Assembly: GCA_016281815.1 (NCBI GenBank)
Contig: JAEEJK010000086.1
Span: 27,369-91,368, forward strand
Source: Prevotella sp.
GTDB taxonomy: Bacteria > Bacteroidota > Bacteroidia > Bacteroidales > Bacteroidaceae
DNA length: 64,000 nucleotides
Reading direction: 5' to 3'
Positions 55,893-64,000 of the stretch are shown here, piece by piece. Every line of letters starts with the position of its first letter. Within the stretch, counting starts at the first letter, position 1. The notes under the pieces were generated by a model. That model was not told where the DNA came from. It worked only from the letters and a program-made list of their open reading frames with translations, and made no database searches. Made by a program: the position numbers and the translations under genes.

Positions 55893-58541
55893 ATGAGGAC
55901 CATCCTGTTGACCCTTCTCATGATGACAGCCATGTCGATATCGGGCAAGGTAAAGGTGAAAACCAACACCCCGCAGACCCAGTATGCTGCGTCGCGGTTG
56001 AGTGGCATCGACAAGCGGTTGGCCATCACCATCGCCGTCAGCGGAAAGGGAGAGGCCGAGGGTTTCACCATCACCCGCAAAGGCAAGAAAGTGAGCATCA
56101 CCGGCAATGACGGCAGCGGAGCCATCTACGGCGCCAACCGTTTATTGGAACTGTATCAGGCCGACCCCACCCTCAGTACGCTGACCACCGTCAGGGAGGT
56201 GCCTGAGATGAAACTCCGGGGAGCCTGCGTGGGACTGCAGAAGACCGAATACCTGCCCGGTCACCGCGTATATGAGTACCCCTACACGCCCGAGAACTTC
56301 CCCTGGTTTTATGACAAGGCACTGTGGACGCGTTACCTCGACCTGTTGGCGGAGAACAACATGAACACCGTCTATCTGTGGAACGGCCATCCCTTTGCCT
56401 CACTCGTCAAACTTGATGACTATCCCTTCGCGCCAGAGGTAGACGATGCTACGATGCAGAAAAACCAGGACATGTTCACCTTCCTCACCACGGAAGGCAA
56501 CCGCCGCGGCATCCGCATCATCCAGATGTTCTACAACATCATCGTCTCCAAACCCTTCGCCGACCACTACGGCATCAAGACACAGGACCGCAACCGACCC
56601 ATCACCCCCCTCATCGCCGACTACACCCGGAAATCCATCGCCGCCTTCGTGCAGAAATACCCCGATGTGGGATTCCTCGTATGTCTGGGTGAGGCCATGT
56701 CGGGCATCGACAACGACATCAAATGGATGACCGAGACCATCATCCCCGGCATCAGGGACGGACTGTCCGCCTCGGGCCGCACCGACACACCCCCCATCAT
56801 CCTGCGGTCGCACGACACCGACGGTCCCACGGTGCTGGCGAAATCGCTGCCCCTCTACCCCAACATCTACACGATGAGCAAATACACCGGCGAGAGTCTG
56901 ACGACCTATGAGCCAGGCGGTCCCTGGGGCGAGACGCACAGGAAACTGGCCGAGGCCGCTCCCATCCACATCGACAACGTGCATATCCTCGCCAATCTGG
57001 AACCCTGGCGCTGGTCATCACCCGCCTTTACTCAAAAGACAGTGGCAGCCATGCACCGCGTGCACCACTCCAAGGGACTCCATCTCTATCCCCAGGCCTC
57101 CTACTGGGACTGGCCCTACACCGCCGACCGCCTGCCCGACGGACAGCGACTGCTGCAGATCGACCGCGACTGGATGTGGTACAAATGCTGGGGACGCTAT
57201 GCGTGGAACAGTCATCATGAGGCCGACAGTCTCTTCTGGCAGCGGCAACTCGCCGACCACTTCGGCATCAGCATGGACGCCGCCGCCCACCTGCTCAAGG
57301 CATACGATGAAGTCGGAGAGATCGCGCCCAAACTTATCCGTCGTTTCGGCATCACCGAGGGCAACCGCCAGACCCTGCTTTTGGGCATGAAGATGAGTCA
57401 GTTGGTGAACCCCTACAAATACACCATCTATCCAGGATTCTATGAGAGTTGCGGTCCGCAGGGCGAGAAACTCATCGAATATGTGGAAAAGGAATGGAAA
57501 CACCAGGCACATCAAGGCGAACTGCCCCTCAGCATCACCGACCAATGCGTCGCCCATGCCAAGGCAGCATCCGAAGCCTTTGAATTCGTGGCCAATGCCC
57601 AAGCCACCCGCCATGCCGACGAACTGCAGCGCATCGGACTGGACATCGCCAATTACGCCTTCTTCGCCCTGTCGTTCCAACAGAAAGTGCTCTCCGCCCA
57701 ACAAGTGCTCAACTACAAATGGAACAAAGACATCAGTTATCTCGACAAGGCCGTGGAACCATTGGAAAAGAGCCTCAGCATGTGGAAGATACTCGCCAAC
57801 CTGACCGACAGCACCTATCTCTATGCCAACTCGATGCAGACCGGACAGCGGCGCATCCCCATCGGCGGCAACAACGGGAAATACAAGACCTGGCGCGAGA
57901 TGGTGCCCGTCTATGAGGAGGAACTCACCAACCTCAAAAAGCACATCGCCGAACTGAAGAATCCCCAGAACGGCAGCGAAGCGGAGAACATCCGTCCTGC
58001 CAAGGCAGCCACGGTGGACCTGTTCTATGCCGGAGCCCCCATCTCGGAGAAGGACATCGCGAGCCTCACCCCCAAAACACCATCGACAGCCCTCCTCGCC
58101 AAGGATGCCCTGCTCTATGAGAACCGCAACGAAAGAATCGACTCACTTGCCCCCGAACTGCAAGGGCTGCAGGGCATCATCCTCAACCGCGACACCACCC
58201 GCATCGAGGGCACGACAGTGGTCTTCACCTGCAGTCAGCCCGTGAACATGCTGGTGGGCTTCTTCGTCGATGATGACACGAAATATGCCAAGCCCCCCAA
58301 ACTGGAAGTCGACGCCACCGGCAACGAATACGGTCAGGCAGAACCTGTCATCACCAATGCCGTCAACATGACGGGCATGCCCAAAGTGAATATCCATGCC
58401 TATCACTTCGGAGCAGGAAAACATGTCATCCACCTCCCCAAAGGCATCATCATGGTGGCAGGCTTCACCTCTGATGTGCTGCGTCCCCGCGATGCCGGTC
58501 TCCAAGGCGCCGGCGACGAAGTAGACTGGCTATTTAATTGA
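55893..58541 (+). CDS. GH138 alpha-galacturonidase-like enzyme; ORF track start 55860
   Basis: Signal peptide; GH20/67-like N-domain (ITGNDGSGAIYG); LRGACVGLQK...YEYPYTPENFPWFYDK, NTVYLWNGHPF. Sits just before the GH137-GH2 gene, as in the B. thetaiotaomicron RG-II locus. Confidence 0.75.
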   Translation: MRTILLTLLMMTAMSISGKVKVKTNTPQTQYAASRLSGIDKRLAITIAVSGKGEAEGFTITRKGKKVSITGNDGSGAIYGANRLLELYQADPTLSTLTTVREVPEMKLRGACVGLQKTEYLPGHRVYEYPYTPENFPWFYDKALWTRYLDLLAENNMNTVYLWNGHPFASLVKLDDYPFAPEVDDATMQKNQDMFTFLTTEGNRRGIRIIQMFYNIIVSKPFADHYGIKTQDRNRPITPLIADYTRKSIAAFVQKYPDVGFLVCLGEAMSGIDNDIKWMTETIIPGIRDGLSASGRTDTPPIILRSHDTDGPTVLAKSLPLYPNIYTMSKYTGESLTTYEPGGPWGETHRKLAEAAPIHIDNVHILANLEPWRWSSPAFTQKTVAAMHRVHHSKGLHLYPQASYWDWPYTADRLPDGQRLLQIDRDWMWYKCWGRYAWNSHHEADSLFWQRQLADHFGISMDAAAHLLKAYDEVGEIAPKLIRRFGITEGNRQTLLLGMKMSQLVNPYKYTIYPGFYESCGPQGEKLIEYVEKEWKHQAHQGELPLSITDQCVAHAKAASEAFEFVANAQATRHADELQRIGLDIANYAFFALSFQQKVLSAQQVLNYKWNKDISYLDKAVEPLEKSLSMWKILANLTDSTYLYANSMQTGQRRIPIGGNNGKYKTWREMVPVYEEELTNLKKHIAELKNPQNGSEAENIRPAKAATVDLFYAGAPISEKDIASLTPKTPSTALLAKDALLYENRNERIDSLAPELQGLQGIILNRDTTRIEGTTVVFTCSQPVNMLVGFFVDDDTKYAKPPKLEVDATGNEYGQAEPVITNAVNMTGMPKVNIHAYHFGAGKHVIHLPKGIIMVAGFTSDVLRPRDAGLQGAGDEVDWLFN

Positions 58542-58612
58542 TCTAGAGAATCTAGAAGATCTAGAGAATCTAGAAAATCTAGAAAATCTAGAAGATCTAG
58601 AAGATCTAGAAA
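58541..58612 (+). repeat. Nonamer tandem array ATCTAGA(GA/AG/AA) x8
   Basis: Counted by hand. Begins at the last base of the GH138 stop codon, and each unit contains the TCTAGA palindrome. Confidence 0.95.
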
Positions 58613-58631
58613 AAAGAAAATCCCCCAAAAA

Positions 58632-61600
58632 ATGAGAATATCCATCACTGCCACAATCCTCATGCTTGGCTGTCTCGCCTCGATGGGACAGGCCATTCCC
58701 CAGAAGCGCATGCAGGAGATTTACGAGGCCTCCGTCACGCCCTACAAATATGGGATGGTGGTGGCCCCCGAATCCAATGATCGCAAATATGACTGTCCGA
58801 CGGTGTTTCGCCAGGACGGCAGATGGTATATGACCTTCGTGTGCTATGACGGCAAGGACGGCACCGACGGCCGGGGCTATGAGACATGGCTCGCCGAGAG
58901 CGACGACCTGTTGCACTGGGAGATCAAGGGGAAGATTTTAAACCTCCCCCCGACCCCCTCCAAAGGAGGGGGAGGGGATAACACAGCCCTTCTTCAAGCA
59001 CAGGAATCAAAGATCAAAGAACAAAACTCAAAGATCAAAACTCAGAGCGAAAAGAATAAAGATCATGGCCTTTGGGACCAAAACCAGCGGGGCGGATTTC
59101 CTGCGCTGATCGACTATGAATGGGAAGGCAGCCATGAGATGCAAGCCTACAAGGGAAAGCACTGGATGACCTATATCGGCGGACCAGGCACAGGCTATGA
59201 GGCGGTGAACGCCCCTCTGAGCATCGGCATCGCATCGACAGCAGGCGACATCACTCAACCCCATCAGTGGGACACGCAACCCGCCCCCCTGATGAGTTAT
59301 GACGACCCTGACGCGCAGTGGTGGGAGCAACTGACACAATACAAGAGCACCATCTATTGGATCAAAGACAAGCGGCAGCGCATCAGGGGAGAGGAGAAAT
59401 ATCCATTCGTGATGTTCTACAATGCCGGCGGCAAGGATGATACCCACCCCAAAGGCGAGCGCATCGGCATCGCTCTCTCCAAGGACATGAAGCGATGGAA
59501 ACGCTACAGCGGCAACCCCGTCTTTGCCCACGACAGCGACGGCACCATTACGGGCGACGCCCAACTCGTGCGCATGGACGACGTATGGGTGATGTACTAT
59601 TTCTCCGCCTACAACCCCACCCGCGAATACAACGCCTACAACACCTTCGCCGCCAGTTATGACTTGGTGCACTGGCAGGACTGGACAGGACCCGATCTCA
59701 TCATCCCCTCCAAACCCTACGACGAGATGTTCGCCCACAAGAGTTGCGTGGTGAGGCACGACGGGGTGGTCTACCATTTCTACTGCGCCGTGAACCATGC
59801 CGGGCAGCGCGGCATCGCCCTCGCCACCTCCAAGCATCTCGGTGCAAGCGAGGTGCATTTCCCCGCCCCAGAGCCCACCGGTCATCGCTATGTGCAATCG
59901 CTCAACGACCATTGGGAAGTGACGCACGAAGGGAAAACATTTCAGACCGACATCCCCATCAACCTCGACGACTACTACGGAGCCGTACAGTTTGAGCATG
60001 GCAACCTGCATGGAGAGGCGACCTTCGCCAAGACCTTCGAAGTGCCCGACCTCCAAGGCAAGCGATTCTTTATCCGCTTCGAGGGAGTGGGCACATACGC
60101 CGACATCTCCCTCAACGGGCATGCGCTGGGCCGCCATGACATCGGACGCACCACGCTGACCCTCGATGTGACCCCCTATATACGACCCGGCAGCAGCAAT
60201 CGGCTTACGGTGAACGTCTCCCATCCCGCCGGTATCACCGACATGCCGTGGGTGTGCGGCGGATGCAGCAGTGAATGGGGCTTCAGCGAAGGCAGCCAAC
60301 CCTTTGGCATCTTCCGTCCCGTGGTGCTGGAAGTCACCGACCCAATGCGTGTGGAACCCTTCGGCGTGCATGTGTGGAACAACGCAGCCTGTGACAGTCT
60401 GTTTGTCGAGACCGAGGTGCGCAACTACAGCACCGAGGCCATCACCTTCGACCTCGTCAACCGACTGCTGGAGAAGAGCGGCAAACAGGTCATCCGCCTC
60501 ACCGAGTCACTCACCCTCGCCGCCGGCGAGACACGCACGGTGCGGCAGCAGGCAGCGCTCAGTCAGCCCAACCTATGGACTTTGGAAAAGCCCTATCTCT
60601 ACAATGTCAGTACCCTCATCAAGCGCGGCGGCAAGACCACCGAGAGCACCAGCACGCCATATGGCATCTGCGCGACCTCGTGGCCGCTGACCCGCAAAGA
60701 CGGCGACCAGCGCTTCCTGCTCAACGGACAGCCCATCTTCATCAACGGCACCTGCGAGTATGAGCATGAATTCGGTCAGAGCCACGCCTTTACACCCGAA
60801 CAAATCGAGGCCCGCATCAAACTGGTGAAGGACACAGGATTCAACGCCTTCCGCGACGCCCACCAGCCCCACAACCTCCTCTATCAGACATTGCTCGACC
60901 GCGAGGGCATCCTCTGGTGGCCGCAGTTCTCCGCCCACATCTGGTATGACACACCGGAGTTCCGCGAGTCGTTCAAGCGCCACCTGCGCCAGTGGGTGAA
61001 GGAGCGCCGTAACTCTCCCTCCATCATCCTCTGGGGACTGCAGAACGAGAGCACACTGCCCCGTGACTTCGCCGAGGAATGCTGCAACATCATCCGCGAG
61101 ATGGACCCACGCTGTGGCACGCAACGGCTCATCACCACCTGCAACGGCGGTGAGGGCACCGACTGGAACGTCATACAGAACTGGAGCGGCACCTACGGCG
61201 GCGACCCCGACAACTACGGCAACGAACTGAAACGTCCCGAGCAGTTGCTCAACGGCGAGTACGGTGCCTGGCGCACCCTCGGCAACCACACCGGAGAGGG
61301 ATATACCGAAGAAAGTGCCGCCGACCTGCTGTTGAAAAAGGCGCTGTTGGCTGAGAGTGTCGCCGACAGCGTGTGCGGCCATTTCCAGTGGCTGCTCGTC
61401 AGCCACGACAACCCCGGGCGGCGGCAACCTGATGAGGGACTGCGCCGCATCGACAAGGTGGGACCGTTCAACCACAAGGGTTTGCTGACCATCTGGGAGC
61501 AACCCACCGATGCCTATTACCGCTACATGCAACACTACAACCCGCAGTCCATCGCCCCAGCCGCATCCACGGTGGATGAGAGCATCCTCCAACCCGCGGA

Positions 61601-62525
61601 AGGCTACGACTATCTCTATCGCATCAACTGCGGCGGCGACCTCATCAAGGACAGTTTTGGCCATGTCTGGATGCAGGACGACAGTCTGTGGTCACATTCA
61701 TGGAGCGAACGATTTGAAGGGCTTTCCCCCTATCAGACCTCGCAGACCCACAATGACGCCATCTCATCACCGCTGTTCCAGACCTCCCGATTCGGCCGTC
61801 ATGCGCTCAGTTACCATTTTCCTGCCGAGGCTGGGAAATACCGCGTGGAACTCTTTTTTGTCGAGCCCTGGTACCGGCAGCAGGATGCCGAGGGACTGCG
61901 CCGCTTTGATGTCGCCATCAACGGCAGGACCGTCGTCCGCGACCTCGACATCTGGGCACAGGCCCACTACGGGCAACCCTACAAGCGCACTGTAGACATC
62001 ACCCACAACGGCGGTGACATCACCATCACCTTCCCCAAGGTGAGGGCTGGACAAGCCATCATTTCCGCCATCGCCATCGCCACACCAGCATCGGATGCCA
62101 CGGCAGTGCCCGACTTCCCCCTGTCCACTTCAACGATGTGGGCGGACTTCGACAAGGACATTCTGACCAAGACACCCGACTCACTGTTGCCGCCACGCAG
62201 CAACAATGCCATCGAGGTGGAAGGCCGCAAGGTGAAAGGACGCATGGAGTGGGATTTCACCGTCGGTGTCGCCAAGGTCTATGCCCTGCGCTGGAAATAT
62301 CACAACGCACAAAAAGCCCGCGTGCTGCATGTGCATATCACCGACAGCAAGGGAACCGTCTATAAGGACGATGACATCACCTTCCTGCAGACACAGGAGA
62401 AGAAGACCAAGCGCAAGATGACAAGCATCACCACCGGTTCGCAGATCAATGCCGGCACCTACCATGTCGTCCTCACCGGCGACGGTCTCAGCGACATGCT
62501 CTTCGACCCTATGACTGTGGAGTGA
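58632..62525 (+). CDS. Multimodular GH137 (beta-L-arabinofuranosidase-like) + GH2 + malectin-like protein (1297 aa)
   Basis: N-terminal 5-bladed propeller (DCPTVFR..WYMTF, GERIGIALS, GDAQLV, AHKSCVV); GH2 (IRFEGVG..ADISLNG, GIFRPV, FRDAHQPH, WGLQNE, NGEYG); C-terminal malectin-like domain (YRINCGG, YRVELFFVEP, RRFDVAING). Confidence 0.85.
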   Translation: MRISITATILMLGCLASMGQAIPQKRMQEIYEASVTPYKYGMVVAPESNDRKYDCPTVFRQDGRWYMTFVCYDGKDGTDGRGYETWLAESDDLLHWEIKGKILNLPPTPSKGGGGDNTALLQAQESKIKEQNSKIKTQSEKNKDHGLWDQNQRGGFPALIDYEWEGSHEMQAYKGKHWMTYIGGPGTGYEAVNAPLSIGIASTAGDITQPHQWDTQPAPLMSYDDPDAQWWEQLTQYKSTIYWIKDKRQRIRGEEKYPFVMFYNAGGKDDTHPKGERIGIALSKDMKRWKRYSGNPVFAHDSDGTITGDAQLVRMDDVWVMYYFSAYNPTREYNAYNTFAASYDLVHWQDWTGPDLIIPSKPYDEMFAHKSCVVRHDGVVYHFYCAVNHAGQRGIALATSKHLGASEVHFPAPEPTGHRYVQSLNDHWEVTHEGKTFQTDIPINLDDYYGAVQFEHGNLHGEATFAKTFEVPDLQGKRFFIRFEGVGTYADISLNGHALGRHDIGRTTLTLDVTPYIRPGSSNRLTVNVSHPAGITDMPWVCGGCSSEWGFSEGSQPFGIFRPVVLEVTDPMRVEPFGVHVWNNAACDSLFVETEVRNYSTEAITFDLVNRLLEKSGKQVIRLTESLTLAAGETRTVRQQAALSQPNLWTLEKPYLYNVSTLIKRGGKTTESTSTPYGICATSWPLTRKDGDQRFLLNGQPIFINGTCEYEHEFGQSHAFTPEQIEARIKLVKDTGFNAFRDAHQPHNLLYQTLLDREGILWWPQFSAHIWYDTPEFRESFKRHLRQWVKERRNSPSIILWGLQNESTLPRDFAEECCNIIREMDPRCGTQRLITTCNGGEGTDWNVIQNWSGTYGGDPDNYGNELKRPEQLLNGEYGAWRTLGNHTGEGYTEESAADLLLKKALLAESVADSVCGHFQWLLVSHDNPGRRQPDEGLRRIDKVGPFNHKGLLTIWEQPTDAYYRYMQHYNPQSIAPAASTVDESILQPAEGYDYLYRINCGGDLIKDSFGHVWMQDDSLWSHSWSERFEGLSPYQTSQTHNDAISSPLFQTSRFGRHALSYHFPAEAGKYRVELFFVEPWYRQQDAEGLRRFDVAINGRTVVRDLDIWAQAHYGQPYKRTVDITHNGGDITITFPKVRAGQAIISAIAIATPASDATAVPDFPLSTSTMWADFDKDILTKTPDSLLPPRSNNAIEVEGRKVKGRMEWDFTVGVAKVYALRWKYHNAQKARVLHVHITDSKGTVYKDDDITFLQTQEKKTKRKMTSITTGSQINAGTYHVVLTGDGLSDMLFDPMTVE

Positions 62526-62544
62526 GCCTATCCATATATAAATT

Positions 62545-62607
62545 CAACACAGAGATACAAAGACACAGAGGAAAATAAAAACTCTGTAACTCTGTTTCTC
62601 TGTGTTG
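62545..62607. terminator. Hairpin after the GH137-GH2 gene
   Basis: CAACACAGAGA (62545-62555) pairs with TCTCTGTGTTG (62597-62607); inner ACAGAG/CTCTGT repeats. Confidence 0.55.
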
Positions 62608-62825
62608 ATATTGATGAATGGGGCTTCTTTTTGTGTGTTCACTATGGAAACCATTATAGGAAGGTGAAACTTGACGACCTTTTCTACGAATGAAAAGCAT
62701 AAATCAGGAAAATCTTATGCACATTTAGAGTTTTATTCTGCTCAAGGGGGTTTGAAAAGTCTCAAACGGAATAAAGTTCTTTCAAATCGACAATTTTAGG
62801 AGTATTTTCTGAATTTCGAAAGAAA

Positions 62826-62857
62826 TTTGGAGAATATTTCCATTGTCCGTAACTTTG
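62826..62857 (+). promoter_or_regulatory. Promoter TTTG-N20-TAACTTTG for metY
   Basis: Both boxes match the consensus. Confidence 0.7.
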
Positions 62858-62903
62858 CACCATCAAAACGAACATATTATTAACAAATAAAAAGGATAAG
62901 ATT

Positions 62904-64000
62904 ATGAGTACAAAGAATTATCGATTTGAGACATTGCAACTCCATGTAGGTCAGGAACAGGCAGACCCCGCCACCGATGCACGTGCCGTGCCCATCTACC
63001 AGACCACCAGTTATGTGTTCCACAACTCCCAGCATGCCGCCGACCGCTTCGGACTGCGCGATGCAGGCAACATCTACGGTCGTCTGACCAACTCGACACA
63101 AGGCGTGTTTGAGGATCGCGTCGCAGCCCTCGAGGGCGGTGTAGCAGGTCTGGCCGTCGCCTCCGGTGCCGCCGCCATCACCTATGCGCTGCAGAATATT
63201 GTGCAGGCCGGTGACCACATCGTGGCAGCCGACAACCTCTATGGCGGTTCCTACAACCTCATCACCCATACGTTGGCGACACAGGGCATCAGCAACACCA
63301 TCATCAATGTGAACGACCTTGATGCTCTTGAAGCCGCCATCAAGCCCAACACTAAAGTTGTCTACGCAGAGACCTTCGGCAACCCCAACTCCGACGTGCT
63401 CAATCTCGAGGGTGTGGCTGCGGTGGCTCACAAGCACGGCATCCCCTTCATCGTCGACAACACGTTTGGCACCCCCTATCTCATCCGTCCGTTGGAGCAC
63501 GGCGCAGACATCGTCGTTCACTCAGCCACGAAGTTCCTTGGCGGACATGGAAGCAGTCTCGGCGGAGTCATCGTGGACGGCGGCAAATTTGACTGGAAGG
63601 CCGACCCCGACAAGTTCCCCACACTCGCCAAGCCCGATCCCTCCTATCATGGCATCGTGTTTGCCGACGCAGTAGGTGCGGCAGCCTATGTGACCCGCAT
63701 CCGTGCCGTCATCCTGCGTGATACCGGCGCTGCCATCTCCCCCTTCAATGCCTTTATCCTGCTGCAGGGTGTCGAGACGCTGAGCCTGCGTGTGGAGCGC
63801 CATGTGGAGAACGCACTCAAGGTGGTTGACTTCCTCGCCAACCATCCCAAGGTGGCCAAGGTGAACCACCCCTCGCTGCCCGACCATCCCGATCATGAAC
63901 TGTACAAGAAACTCTATCCACAGGGGGCCGGTTCTATCTTCACCTTCGAAATCAAGGGAGGGGAGAAGGAGGCATGGGCGTTCATCGACAACCTGCGCAT
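62904..64000 (+). CDS. metY: O-acetylhomoserine aminocarboxypropyltransferase (sulfhydrylase), 3' truncated by the window edge
   Basis: Hand translation: MSTKNYRFETLQLHVGQEQADPATDARAVPIYQTTSYVF...GNIYGRLTNST...AALEGG...ASGAAA; PLP lysine motif HSATKFLGGHG. Absent from the ORF track because it runs off the end. Confidence 0.93.
   Translation, partial: MSTKNYRFETLQLHVGQEQADPATDARAVPIYQTTSYVFHNSQHAADRFGLRDAGNIYGRLTNSTQGVFEDRVAALEGGVAGLAVASGAAAITYALQNIVQAGDHIVAADNLYGGSYNLITHTLATQGISNTIINVNDLDALEAAIKPNTKVVYAETFGNPNSDVLNLEGVAAVAHKHGIPFIVDNTFGTPYLIRPLEHGADIVVHSATKFLGGHGSSLGGVIVDGGKFDWKADPDKFPTLAKPDPSYHGIVFADAVGAAAYVTRIRAVILRDTGAAISPFNAFILLQGVETLSLRVERHVENALKVVDFLANHPKVAKVNHPSLPDHPDHELYKKLYPQGAGSIFTFEIKGGEKEAWAFIDNLR

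Noticed and set aside
357-61664. Long minus-strand and alternate-frame ORFs (e.g. 357-1340, 8507-9340, 31409-33160, 46554-48248, 48770-50302, 52952-54730, 60573-61664)
   Set aside because: They fully overlap well-supported plus-strand genes, show no motifs, and are the expected antisense shadows of GC-rich codon usage.
62526-62903. SAM or other riboswitch upstream of metY
   Set aside because: The predicted promoter is only ~45 bp from the start codon, leaving no room, and no SAM-I/II core sequence was recognised.
1-64000. rRNA or tRNA genes
   Set aside because: The intergenic gaps are short or explained by repeats, and no cloverleaf or rRNA signature was seen.

Overview
64 kb of a Bacteroidota (Prevotella-like) chromosome. 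The taxonomy is inferred from SusC/SusD, a hybrid two-component system, TAnnTTTG -7 promoter boxes and T9SS C-terminal signals. The backbone is a pectin polysaccharide utilisation locus, most likely for rhamnogalacturonan-II. Its left part holds a GH2 end, a DUF4992-like lipoprotein, susC-susD and a beta-helix/DUF6298-like protein. Its right part holds GH127, GH141, an aldolase, an SSS transporter, GH78, GH138 and GH137-GH2, followed by metY at the window edge. Two accessory blocks interrupt this backbone. (1) A 4.8 kb cassette (1.2-6.0 kb) bounded by 20-bp direct repeats carries a BACON/zincin lipoprotein and a membrane-spanning AraC sensor, and contains a duplicated 182-bp promoter. (2) A ~27 kb block (17.4-44.5 kb) carries an ECF sigma factor, a TPR-type HTCS, a small AraC and a 4x21-bp operator array. 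These precede a 21 kb seven-gene operon of uncharacterised exported proteins: two T9SS-CTD paralogues, an outer-membrane beta-barrel, a 2871-aa TANFOR-like giant, an FN3 protein and two lipoproteins. The block ends in an AbiE-type module with a truncated toxin. This operon is the best candidate for an undescribed system, possibly a surface assembly or export machine. Non-coding structure is rich. There is a ~195-bp MITE family with 8-bp target duplications, one copy nested in another repeat whose empty form is also in the window. There are also stop-codon-anchored 7-9-bp tandem repeats and an in-frame repeat insertion inside a GH137 domain. No rRNA, tRNA, CRISPR array, integrase, transposase or reverse transcriptase was recognised. 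All family assignments come from motif recognition, without database searches.
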